A DNA stretch of 64,000 bases, from IMG/VR virus record IMGVR_UViG_3300031992_000022, positions 1 to 64,000 of that record, one strand, 5' to 3'. The stretch is from a virus (Duplodnaviria; Caudoviricetes). This document shows, in pieces, positions 41,514 to 50,897 of the stretch (positions within the stretch are counted from its first letter, which is position 1; each line of letters begins with the position of its first letter). The position numbers and the translations under genes were made by a program. The notes under the pieces were generated by a model. The model ran no database searches and was not told where the DNA came from. It saw nothing but the letters and a program-made list of their open reading frames with translations.

Positions 41514-42470
41514 CTTTTTTATAGACTATATATTATTAATATGTATTTATGACAATAGTACCATCTATTACTGTATCTGGTAAATTTGCATCTTCTAATA
41601 CATTGTCAAATTCCATATTATTTTCAATTTCTGGAAGATCCGTTTTATCTAAATTAATTTTATATTCCATACTAGGACAAATATAACGGCCAATAATACG
41701 TATAAATTCTTTTGCTGTATTTAATCCGCAACATACTATATATTTACCATAATATTTTTTTTGATAAAAATCTAATTTCCATTCGTCTTTTAAATATTCA
41801 ATTAATACTTGATTATATTCTGGAGTAGTTTTTGTTTTTAATATTAAATTAACTGTTGTAATTTTTCCATTATCTTTTTTGTAAATTAATGATCCAATTT
41901 CCATATATAATATAGCTAAATGTAAAGAAGTAAAACGATTAAACCAACGTCTACGTAATTTACCACCATATGTCATTTTTCTATATACAGATAAAAAAGT
42001 ATGTTTATAAGTTCTTATAGCATATCTAGGAAATTGAGTAAAATCATTATTTCGCATTAATTCTAATTCATGTTCATCAACAGCAAAATCTTCAAATGTT
42101 GAATGTTTTAATTGCTGATTTTTATCTTGAAAATCTACTACTTCAGAAGTATTAATATTATATTTCTTTAATAAAATACGAATATGATTTAAATATTCTT
42201 TATCATTATGTTTAAGAACTAAATAATTATCAATAACTCTAGCATGCCCAAGTAATAAAGCAATAGTTAATGTTCTAGCTTCTTTTATAATTTTTGCCAT
42301 TATATTTTCATCCTTTTCTATACACATTAAGTGATAATCTTTTATTCTTAATTAGTCGTTAAGCTATAATCTATTATTTAATAAATTATAGTATGATATT
42401 AATCTAAGTATATTTTTTATTAAAAAATATTTTTCATCATATTATTGAAATTAAGTAGCCAATATTAATA
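41514..42470 (-). ncRNA. Group I intron nrdD-I1 (957 nt) with degenerate LAGLIDADG ORF
   Basis: P1 GGUGGU|...GCUACU; P7 ACGACUA/UAGUCU; join FGG|QSIN. Confidence 0.9.
41536..42327 (-). CDS. Intron-encoded double-motif LAGLIDADG-like protein with catalytic Asp residues altered
   Basis: IALLLGHARV (canonical LLGDG) and LAILYMEIGSL (canonical LAxWYMDDGS); C-terminal PSMEYKI typical of the LAGLIDADG_2 family. Confidence 0.75.
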   Translation of the reverse strand: MCIEKDENIMAKIIKEARTLTIALLLGHARVIDNYLVLKHNDKEYLNHIRILLKKYNINTSEVVDFQDKNQQLKHSTFEDFAVDEHELELMRNNDFTQFPRYAIRTYKHTFLSVYRKMTYGGKLRRRWFNRFTSLHLAILYMEIGSLIYKKDNGKITTVNLILKTKTTPEYNQVLIEYLKDEWKLDFYQKKYYGKYIVCCGLNTAKEFIRIIGRYICPSMEYKINLDKTDLPEIENNMEFDNVLEDANLPDTVIDGTIVINTY

Positions 42471-43178
42471 ACCACCGAATTGTTCATTTTGATTTGACTG
42501 AATTACAATAGCTGCTAATGCAGCATAAGATCTAATTGAATTTGGAGTACGAATATATCCATGACCTGTAGAAAATCCGTTTTTAAATAATTTTTCTAGA
42601 TTTATTTGGAGACAATTGCTTGTGATTAACGAGAAATCAAGATCATGTAAATGAAGATAACCTTCTTTATGCGCTTGAGCATATTCAGGTTTAAGAAAAT
42701 GATTAAGAATAAAATGCTTATTACCTTCTGAACCAACTTTAAGCATAATGCCCATTGCACTATTTCCATTTATATTAGCATTATCTCTTTTCAATTCAAG
42801 GTCTTCTGCGCTTTTAAAATATATATCATTATAAAGTTTCATTAAATCATTATTTGCATCTCTAATTTGTGTACGCTTTGCTCTATAACGAATATATTCT
42901 TTTGCTACTTCATTTTCTTTATTTTTTAATAAATCATCTTCAACTATATCTTGAATTTTTTCTACTGTAATTGTATTATTTTTTACTGCTTTTTTAATAT
43001 GTCTAAGAATTTTCCCAGTTAAATTCATTATTTCTTCATCATCATCAATATTATTGCCTTTTACAGAAGCAAAAGCTTGTTTCAAAGCATTAAATATTTT
43101 TTCTGATGAAAATAATATTTGTCTACCATCACGTTTTTGTACATAAATTTCTTTTTTCTTAGCCAAAATATATTTCAC
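42471..43178 (-). CDS. nrdD: Class III (anaerobic) RNR large subunit, exon 1 with ATP cone
   Basis: VQKRDGR ATP cone; DNAN; AHKEGYLHLHDLDF..NC; QSNQNEQFGG. Seven exons total 2283 nt (760 aa); the start may be the TTG at 43166. Confidence 0.95.
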
Positions 43179-43185
43179 CTGACTT

Positions 43186-43665
43186 TTATATTAATTTGCT
43201 TTTTTTTCTATCAATACGATGTCCATTATAAATATATGTCCTTCCATTATTTTTGTTTTCTTTCATATTATTTGCTGATACTGAACTCCATTCTAAATTC
43301 TCTACTCTATTATCATCTCTGTTTCCATTTTTATGATTAACAATAGGTAAATTTTTAGGATTAGGAATCCAAGCATCTGCAACTAACCTATGAACAGTTT
43401 TAGATACTGTTTCATCTCCATCCATCATTGTTACTTCTCGATAACCATCTTTATCCCAGCGTGGAGATAAATGAATTCCCCGCCGCTCAGAATAAATATC
43501 ACCTTTTTTATTAACCCAATAACCAGTATATGGCGTTGGCTTATAATCTTTTTTTAAATTAGGTGTTATTTTTCTAGATGCTAATAATTTTTTAGTATAA
43601 TCAAAATCTATTAAACTTTGATCTACTATAAATTGTAAATATTCACGAAATTGTATACTAATCAT
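43186..43665 (-). CDS. Free-standing HNH endonuclease
   Basis: VHRLVADAWIPNPKNLPIVNHKNGNRDDNRVENLEW. Confidence 0.9.
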   Translation of the reverse strand: MISIQFREYLQFIVDQSLIDFDYTKKLLASRKITPNLKKDYKPTPYTGYWVNKKGDIYSERRGIHLSPRWDKDGYREVTMMDGDETVSKTVHRLVADAWIPNPKNLPIVNHKNGNRDDNRVENLEWSSVSANNMKENKNNGRTYIYNGHRIDRKKSKLI

Positions 43666-43722
43666 AACTCACCTCTATTAGTATCAAAAAAATAAATTTA
43701 TTTTCTTTAATTTATACTAAAG

Positions 43723-43750
43723 AAAAAAGTCTTTATTATATAAAGACTTT
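43723..43750 (-). terminator. Terminator right after the predicted spliced HD-GYP-like gene
   Basis: AAAGTCTTTAT-ata-ATAAAGACTTTTTT on the minus strand. Confidence 0.65.
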
Positions 43751-43815
43751 AAAACCTTTCGTCATCCGTTAATTGTCCTATCGTAAAATTCCGTTCTGGA
43801 ATATAATCATTTTGT
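43749..43815 (-). CDS. HD-GYP-like protein, predicted exon 2
   Basis: The join AT|A gives NNDIQNDYIPERNFTIGQLTDDERF*. Confidence 0.6.
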
Positions 43816-44027
43816 CTAATATTAAATAAATATCGATATATTTATAAAATGTTATCATCTTCTTTAAGAAGATGTAAAGATCAAATAATTATATAATATA
43901 TAATATTTTTACATAAAATTTCGTATACTTTATTGATCGTTAAATAAATAACTAATTATCTATAATTATCTATTACTAATTAATTTAGAAAAATTATACT
44001 AGTACATATGAATATTGTGATACATGC
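43816..44027 (-). ncRNA. Cryptic group I intron (212 nt, variant P7)
   Basis: P1 UGAUAU|GCAU-GUAUCA; P7 ACGAUCAA/UUGAUCU; P9 CAUCUUCUU/AAGAAGAUG; terminal G restores the frame. Confidence 0.65.
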
Positions 44028-44599
44028 ATATCATTATTTACAACTGATTTTATAAACGGAGCTATAATTTTAGCCGGAAAATATTTATTTCCTAAAGATT
44101 TAATATTTTTACAAGTTTCTTCATGAGACATATGATTTAATCTACAATTATCATAATAAGCAGCTATACGTAATACCTTAGATAAAGTATCTATATTATC
44201 AGCATGTAAGTGTCGAGGATATCCACTACCATCTACATTTTCTTCCGCTTGATCTATAATTGTTATAGCTGGACTGAAATCAATATCTTTTTCTACAGAT
44301 TCTAAACTCTTTAATAATGCTTGTGTATATAATGTATAATTTGCCATTTTTTCTTTACGATTAATGATATCAAAATCATCTTCGAATGAAATATCAATTT
44401 CATTAGATAATTTATTCATTATCCATAATTTTCCGGATTCTAATAATAATCCTGAAAACCATAATGCTTCTAATTCATCTGCTGGACAATTAATTGCTTG
44501 TCCCATTGCATAACAAAGACAAGCTGTATTATTACTATGTCGCAATTGATTTTCATCCATTTTATCTAAAATAAATTGAATATCTTGAACTCTCATCAT
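44028..44599 (-). CDS. HD-GYP-like protein lacking metal-binding residues, exon 1
   Basis: RHS...LLLESGK (HD replaced)...QAEENVDGSGYP...IAAYYD. Confidence 0.75.
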
Positions 44600-44655
44600 A
44601 CTTTTAAATCAATCCTTTATTATTTATATATATAATTTTTTATGAAACGAGGTAA

Positions 44656-45486
44656 TTGCAAATGAACATACCTAAAAATTTTAAAGTAATTACCAACACT
44701 ACTACAAAAGATAATATATTAAATATATATAAATATAACGATATTCAGTATAAAACACCTAAAATAATTAATAATACTAAATCAAAAAAATCAATATATA
44801 ATTGGTCCACTGTACAGTTTCCAGTATTTACTTATAAGCATATTACAGAAGATTTAAAAATTACATTAAATAATATATATTTAATTCTTGAGCATATAAA
44901 TAAATTACAAGATATATTAAATCAATTAGATAAAAAAATAAGTATTGCTGGAACGTCAATGAATATATTTATAAATAATTCATTTGATTTACAAAATGCA
45001 TTTAATTATTCGCAGCAATTTATTATAATTCGTAATCATAAATTAGAAATTCATAATAATATTGAATTAGATACTGCTTTAGTACAAAATGAAATACAAT
45101 TATTACATCTTGAAGATGATGAATTATTGCAATTAGTTCCAAAAAATACTAATTCTTATTCTATTACAAATAAACAATTAAAAACATTTAATCAACTATA
45201 TAATCAATATATTGAATATATAGATAATTATAATATGGTAAGTTTTGATCATGAATCAGCATGTAATACATATGAATATTTATTAGAATCATTACAAGCT
45301 AATTTACCAAATATTCAAACAATTAATTTAACAACTAATAATAAAAATGAAACTTTTAATATTAATAAACATGATTTATTATTAGTTAATCAAAATGCTA
45401 ATATTGGATTTTTTTATGTAAAAAAGCAATATTCAAAAAAATTACAGCAATTCTTAGCTACAAAAAATAAGAGAAAACAATCTTAA
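44656..45486 (+). CDS. Hypothetical protein
   Basis: SD GAGGT; 276-aa ORF. Confidence 0.55.
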   Translation: MQMNIPKNFKVITNTTTKDNILNIYKYNDIQYKTPKIINNTKSKKSIYNWSTVQFPVFTYKHITEDLKITLNNIYLILEHINKLQDILNQLDKKISIAGTSMNIFINNSFDLQNAFNYSQQFIIIRNHKLEIHNNIELDTALVQNEIQLLHLEDDELLQLVPKNTNSYSITNKQLKTFNQLYNQYIEYIDNYNMVSFDHESACNTYEYLLESLQANLPNIQTINLTTNNKNETFNINKHDLLLVNQNANIGFFYVKKQYSKKLQQFLATKNKRKQS

Positions 45487-45806
45487 TTGTTATTTTCTCT
45501 TATTTTTTTTAATTGCTGTTTATTTGATAAATGTAGAAATTCGTCATTTTCTTCATCTGAATTATTAATTTTTTCTGATTTATTATAGTCCTGTAATAAT
45601 TCTTCATAAATATTTTTATTACCTAATAATGCTAATTCTATACTATGTATAGTCTGTTTTAATGTATTAATATCACTTTGTAATTTATTAATTTTTTTCT
45701 TTAACATATTATTTTCATTAACTAATTCTGTTTGCTGTTCCAATATAAAATTAACATAATTACGAATTGCAGAATCTAATTTAATAATTTTACCTTCAAT
45801 ATTCAT
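45483..45806 (-). CDS. Hypothetical coiled-coil protein
   Basis: Likely start MNIEGK after SD AAAGGA, inside the 45483-45911 ORF. Confidence 0.5.
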   Translation of the reverse strand: MNIEGKIIKLDSAIRNYVNFILEQQTELVNENNMLKKKINKLQSDINTLKQTIHSIELALLGNKNIYEELLQDYNKSEKINNSDEENDEFLHLSNKQQLKKIRENNN

Positions 45807-45828
45807 TATAAAATATCCTTTTCTGATA

Positions 45829-46392
45829 TTATTTTGTAAACAGATCATAAGTATCATGATTTTGCGTCCATACATCATAATTATCGCGTTTCCATATAAT
45901 ATAATTATCATATAATGAATGTATATAAACTGCCCAGCTATTAACAGGATCTACAGATAATTCCTTAGCGTTTTCTAAATATGATATATTCATATATGCT
46001 AAATTAGCAATAGTGTTGCTGTAACAATTTAACCAAAAAGCTGAATAAATATCATAAACATCCCAAATATGTCTTTTATCATCAGGATATTTAAATTTTA
46101 ATTCAGTATCAACAGACATATAAATATTATTTCGCATAAAATTACCAATTAATGATTTAATATTAACAAAAGTTAAATAATTAATATTACCTTTTCGATC
46201 ATATCGTTTTGTCTTTAAATCCATAGTTAATCCACTAGTTTGTGCCGATGCTACAACGCTAGATGCTGATAATCTAGCAATTGGCACCTCCCAATTTTGT
46301 AAAGCTTCTGTTCGATATAAAAAAATTAACAAATCCATTGTGTCATCAAAATAAAAATTAGTAATAGTAGTATTCGAAGATTCTATTAACAT
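45829..46392 (-). CDS. Hypothetical protein
   Basis: SD GGAG; 187-aa ORF. Confidence 0.6.
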   Translation of the reverse strand: MLIESSNTTITNFYFDDTMDLLIFLYRTEALQNWEVPIARLSASSVVASAQTSGLTMDLKTKRYDRKGNINYLTFVNIKSLIGNFMRNNIYMSVDTELKFKYPDDKRHIWDVYDIYSAFWLNCYSNTIANLAYMNISYLENAKELSVDPVNSWAVYIHSLYDNYIIWKRDNYDVWTQNHDTYDLFTK

Positions 46393-46423
46393 ATATTAAT
46401 ACTCAACTCCATATATAAATATT

Positions 46424-46696
46424 TTATTTCCATTTATATCGTTTATAATAACTACGCACTGCTGTTCGACAAGTATATGAATTATGCCATATAGATAATT
46501 TAGTTATATAATTAATTATGTATTCATGAAAAAAATATATTGATTTATAATCACAAATTTCCCATGATTGAAAAATTTTTTTATAATAACTATAATTGCC
46601 AATATATTTCGTTCTACGAACTTTATGATTTGCAATTTTTTTAAAACCAAATCGTTTATATGCTATGCAAGGAAAATGTTTATATGATCGACTCAT
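46424..46696 (-). CDS. Small basic hypothetical protein (MSRSYK type)
   Basis: MSRSYK...KKIANHKVRR...YKK...SWEICDY; SD AAGGAG. Confidence 0.6.
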   Translation of the reverse strand: MSRSYKHFPCIAYKRFGFKKIANHKVRRTKYIGNYSYYKKIFQSWEICDYKSIYFFHEYIINYITKLSIWHNSYTCRTAVRSYYKRYKWK

Positions 46697-46807
46697 TTAT
46701 TAATCACTCTCCTTTAATCTATTTTTAATATTTATTATAAATATTAAAAATAAAATAAAAAAATATAATTAGATTTTAATAAAATCTAATTATATTAAAT
46801 TTTACTA

Positions 46808-46917
46808 TTAATAATTATATTTTTGTCGACGAATATTTTCGATATTCTTTTTAATATAAAATTGCGCTAATTCATTAGCATCATCAAATATAAATGCAGC
46901 TAATAACATATAATGAT
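46808..46917 (-). CDS. Dimeric dUTPase/dCTPase, exon 2
   Basis: (Y)HYMLLAAFIFDDANELAQFYIKKNIENIRRQKYNY*, the YxxKNxxNxxRQxxxY motif. Confidence 0.85.
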
Positions 46918-47203
46918 CTGGTATATTTATTAAATTTTATACATTTAATAAACTTTATATATAATTAATATATTAATATAAAATATTTATATTAGTCTAT
47001 TAAAATAAAATCTAATAAAATTATTAATCAATTATAATTAATAATTGCATATGACTATATTTTTAAATGTTATTTCAATATATATTATATATTTACTTAT
47101 AATTAGTCGTTAAATAAATACTTATTAATTAATAAATATTTATTATTGATATAATATTAAAATATTTATACCAATAAAGTTAATAAATATTAATGGCAAT
47201 ATT
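46918..47203 (-). ncRNA. Group I intron (286 nt) in the dUTPase/dCTPase gene
   Basis: P1 AUGGU|AAUAUU-GCCAU; P7 ACGACUA/UAGUC; terminal G restores the frame. Confidence 0.88.
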
Positions 47204-47939
47204 ACCATAAGTCTGTACATATTTGATATAATTTATCATAATTAATTGTTTTAAACGGTTTTCTCCAATGTTTCCAACTAATTTGCTGTCTAATTTCGCG
47301 ATTAATAAATAATAAACGTAAAGCTAATGTTTTTAATACATTATTCCATTTATTATTATTTCCAGCACAATTCCACATATTAGTATAATTACTATATTCG
47401 TTATTACGTTTTATATTAAATATATATTCAATTTGTTGAATAGAATAATTAAATATATCTATTAACGGGTCATTATTAATATTATTATAATATTTATGTT
47501 GAAAATTTTGTAATATAATATTAGTAGTACATTCTGCAGCAATCATTTGATCTAATACAAAATGTAAAACATCAACAATTTCCTTTTTTAATTCTTTAAT
47601 ATCTGCTTTTATTGAATTATTATCTTCTAATATAATATAATCAAATAATTCTTCTATTTCATCTTCCATACATATACAATATTCTTTACACCAATAATCA
47701 GTTACTTCTTTTGGAATATTATTAACAATATGAAATCGCGAAGCAAAATGCTTTTGTATATTATATATTTTTTCAAATAAGTTCATATTATCAGGAATAT
47801 TTAAATCATTTAATACATTGTTTATGATTTGAGGATTTTGTACATCTAAATATGCTTTATATTTAGCACATGGACATTCTATATCATTACATTTCGTTTC
47901 ATAATATGGACATTTATTAATATCAAATTTATTATTCAT
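47204..47939 (-). CDS. Dimeric all-alpha dUTPase/dCTPase (T4 gp56-like), exon 1
   Basis: CMEDEIEEL, KEIVDVLHF, SWKHWRK motifs. Confidence 0.8.
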
Positions 47940-48088
47940 TTATATTAAAATCCTTTCTTTTTATTTATTAATAAATACAAAATAATTTTATTTCTTTTTT
48001 AAATTTAGATTTTTATTTTCTTAAAATAAATGATCATTATTAAAAAATAATTATTTTATATAATATTTTTTAAAACATCTTCCAGAAA

Positions 48089-48859
48089 TTATTCATTTAT
48101 TTCTTTCAAAAATTGAGGCACATCATTTATAATTAATTTAGTCATAGTTTTTAAACAATTAACTTTTTTTACTGCTGGATCATATATTAATAAATGTTTA
48201 TTTATATTACCTTTAAAATTATTATAAATATTTAATTGTAAATTATTATTAAACCAATTAGGTAAAAATGTAATTTTCGCTAGCATTTTTTTTGATAAGA
48301 TATCAATATGATCATCATATGTAATAATTTTTAACTGATCATTATATATATTTTTTAATTTATTAATAATATCATTTGCTAATAATTTTTGAACATAATT
48401 AATAGTAATATTTTTCTTTTTAGGTATATATAATGTTTGATCATTAATATATGAATTTGGAAAAAATCTTAAATATATAATTTGATTATGTTTATTATCA
48501 TAATCTAATTGTATTAATTTCGTTGGGATTTCATTATATAAAATAAAGTTTCGATCAAATTCAGGAGCAATAATAATTATTTCTGGAGTATTATCAATTT
48601 CATAATTATCGATAGTTTTATATTTTATTTCTGTATAATACTTCATTGCTTGTAATAATACTTTATCTGTAGTTAATACATTTTTTAATTCAACAACTAC
48701 TAATCTATGTTCTTCTTTATTATACGCTAATATATCAATAATTCCAGAATTAATTACAAATTGTTCTTTTATAATTTCATAATTATTACCTAATAAATTA
48801 AAATTATTACGTACAAATGTTTGATATACATGTACTTCATCTTCAAATGAATTAAACAT
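48089..48859 (-). CDS. PD-(D/E)XK endonuclease, NucS/EndoMS-like C-terminal type
   Basis: EQF...GIIDILAY...LVVVELK...QAMKY...IIIIAP. Confidence 0.7.
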   Translation of the reverse strand: MFNSFEDEVHVYQTFVRNNFNLLGNNYEIIKEQFVINSGIIDILAYNKEEHRLVVVELKNVLTTDKVLLQAMKYYTEIKYKTIDNYEIDNTPEIIIIAPEFDRNFILYNEIPTKLIQLDYDNKHNQIIYLRFFPNSYINDQTLYIPKKKNITINYVQKLLANDIINKLKNIYNDQLKIITYDDHIDILSKKMLAKITFLPNWFNNNLQLNIYNNFKGNINKHLLIYDPAVKKVNCLKTMTKLIINDVPQFLKEINE

Positions 48860-48873
48860 ATATAAATCCTTCT

Positions 48874-49359
48874 TTATATACTAAATATTTTTTTTAATGA
48901 GAATTTTTTAGTATTTGCTGTATCTATATTTTTCGCACTTACAATCATTTCACTTTTTTCGCCTTTATTATTAATACTATTAACTATAGAACTTGTAATA
49001 TTGACACCTGCAATAGCATAAATTAAAGTAATTATGATATTAGTTAAATTCGCTGTAATATCTCCTACTAACACATAATTTACTCCCCCGAAAATGATAG
49101 TTAATAATAAACATAAGATTAATACCGATATTCTCGCTTCATCTATAGAAAATGCTGATAATAAAAATCCTTTTCTAGTGTTTACTTTTTCATATGGAAT
49201 ATCTTCTGATACTTCATATATATTATTATTTTCATCAGTATATATATTATTAATATTATTATTTATTCCATCTTTTACTTTTTGTATTAATATATTATTA
49301 TTTTCTATTTGTTCTTCTACCGGAGTATTATTAATTATCTCTTGTTTTTTTTTAATCAT
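48874..49359 (-). CDS. Membrane protein with two predicted TM helices (possible holin)
   Basis: ISVLILCLLLTIIFGGV and IIITLIYAIAGV segments. Confidence 0.55.
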   Translation of the reverse strand: MIKKKQEIINNTPVEEQIENNNILIQKVKDGINNNINNIYTDENNNIYEVSEDIPYEKVNTRKGFLLSAFSIDEARISVLILCLLLTIIFGGVNYVLVGDITANLTNIIITLIYAIAGVNITSSIVNSINNKGEKSEMIVSAKNIDTANTKKFSLKKIFSI

Positions 49360-49649
49360 TATTTATCGCCTCGACAAATTAATCTAGCCTTATTTTTTTT
49401 AGCTAATAAATCTTTATTATTTTGTATAGATAATAAAGGCCCTTGTTGATGATAATAGCCTTTATCTTCTTGTAAAAAAGATTTATAATTATACATAGGT
49501 ATTGCAACAATTGTAGCTAAATCTTCATATTGTTGCCAGTTAATATAATTATTATTATACAAGAAAAAAATGTCAATAAGATTTAATATATTTTTATTAT
49601 CTTCAATATACTTTTTTAATACATTATAATTAATAGTAAAATAATTCAT
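49359..49649 (-). CDS. Hypothetical protein
   Basis: SD GGAGG. Confidence 0.5.
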   Translation of the reverse strand: MNYFTINYNVLKKYIEDNKNILNLIDIFFLYNNNYINWQQYEDLATIVAIPMYNYKSFLQEDKGYYHQQGPLLSIQNNKDLLAKKNKARLICRGDK

Positions 49650-49708
49650 AATTTTTCCTCCATATTTTATATTAAAAAAATATTTTTCTGAAAAAGAGGT
49701 TATTTTAA

Positions 49709-50863
49709 TTGAATAAAATTATTGATAGATTACAAATGAATACTACAGTTCATCCATTAGATAATACACCTAAAAATATTATTAGTTCAATTTTTTTAGC
49801 CGGGCCAGTTCCTAGAACACAAACAATTTCATGGCGTACATATGCAGAACAATATTTAAGAGAACATAATTATAATGGAACTATTTATAATCCAGAAGTT
49901 TCAACAGCTAATTATGAAAATTATTATAATGAACAATTTGCTTGGGAACACGATAAATTAGATAAAAGTGATATAATAGTATTTTGGATTCCTCGTAAAT
50001 TAAAAAATCAAGAAGCTCTAGGATTAACAACTAATATAGAATTCGGATTATATGCAAAAAGTAATAAATTAATTGTTGGCTGTCCATCAGATGCAGATGA
50101 AGTAAAATATATAGAAAAATGCTGTGAAGAAAATAATATACCTTATTATAATACATTAGAAGAAGTATTAGATGCAACAATATTAATGATAAAAAATAAA
50201 ATGCGCTCAGGTAGTGAATGCGATATACCTACTTTTATTTGGGAAAATGAACAATTTCAAAATTGGTATCAGGCGCAATTAAATGCAGGAAATAGATTAT
50301 TATCTTTAAAATGCTTATATAATTTTTTCATGCCTAAAGCAAAAAAATTATTTTTATGGATTTGTTATGCAAAAATATACATTTCAGCAGAAGATAGAAT
50401 AAAAGATAATGAATTTATTATTAGTCGCACTGATATGTCTTCAGTAGTTTTATATTATAAAGATAATATAGTATTAATAAAAGAATATCGTACACCCTGT
50501 TGCAATAAAGAATGTTATGTATATGAATTGCCTGGTGGTTCATCAATTAATTCATTATCAGCTATTAATACAGCAAAAAATGAAGTATTAGAAGAAACCG
50601 GAATTAATATTCCTATTGAACGATTTGAATTAATAAACAGTCGGCAATCAATGGCTACTTTATCTGCACATTTTATTCATGCTTATAAAGTACAATTAAC
50701 TGTCGAAGAATTTAATCAAATAAAAAAAATAGAAAATAGTATTCATGGATTACATTCAGATGGCGAATATACTAAATTAATTATTAAAAATATAAATGAA
50801 ATACTAAATGAATCATTAGTAGATTGGAATAATATTGGTATTATTCTTTCTGCATTAAAATAA
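49709..50863 (+). CDS. Nucleoside 2-deoxyribosyltransferase-like plus NUDIX hydrolase fusion
   Basis: IFLAGP...WR...WE...DIIVFW...TTNIEFG (NDT-like); ELPGGS...AKNEVLEETG (Nudix box). Confidence 0.8.
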   Translation: MNKIIDRLQMNTTVHPLDNTPKNIISSIFLAGPVPRTQTISWRTYAEQYLREHNYNGTIYNPEVSTANYENYYNEQFAWEHDKLDKSDIIVFWIPRKLKNQEALGLTTNIEFGLYAKSNKLIVGCPSDADEVKYIEKCCEENNIPYYNTLEEVLDATILMIKNKMRSGSECDIPTFIWENEQFQNWYQAQLNAGNRLLSLKCLYNFFMPKAKKLFLWICYAKIYISAEDRIKDNEFIISRTDMSSVVLYYKDNIVLIKEYRTPCCNKECYVYELPGGSSINSLSAINTAKNEVLEETGINIPIERFELINSRQSMATLSAHFIHAYKVQLTVEEFNQIKKIENSIHGLHSDGEYTKLIIKNINEILNESLVDWNNIGIILSALK

Positions 50864-50897
50864 ATAAAATTATATAATATAAAAAGGAATAAAGACT

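Noticed and set aside
35802-43178. Stop-codon recoding or pseudogenisation as the cause of nrdD fragmentation
   Set aside because: The gaps are non-coding inserts with intron cores, and long genes elsewhere read through normally in code 11.
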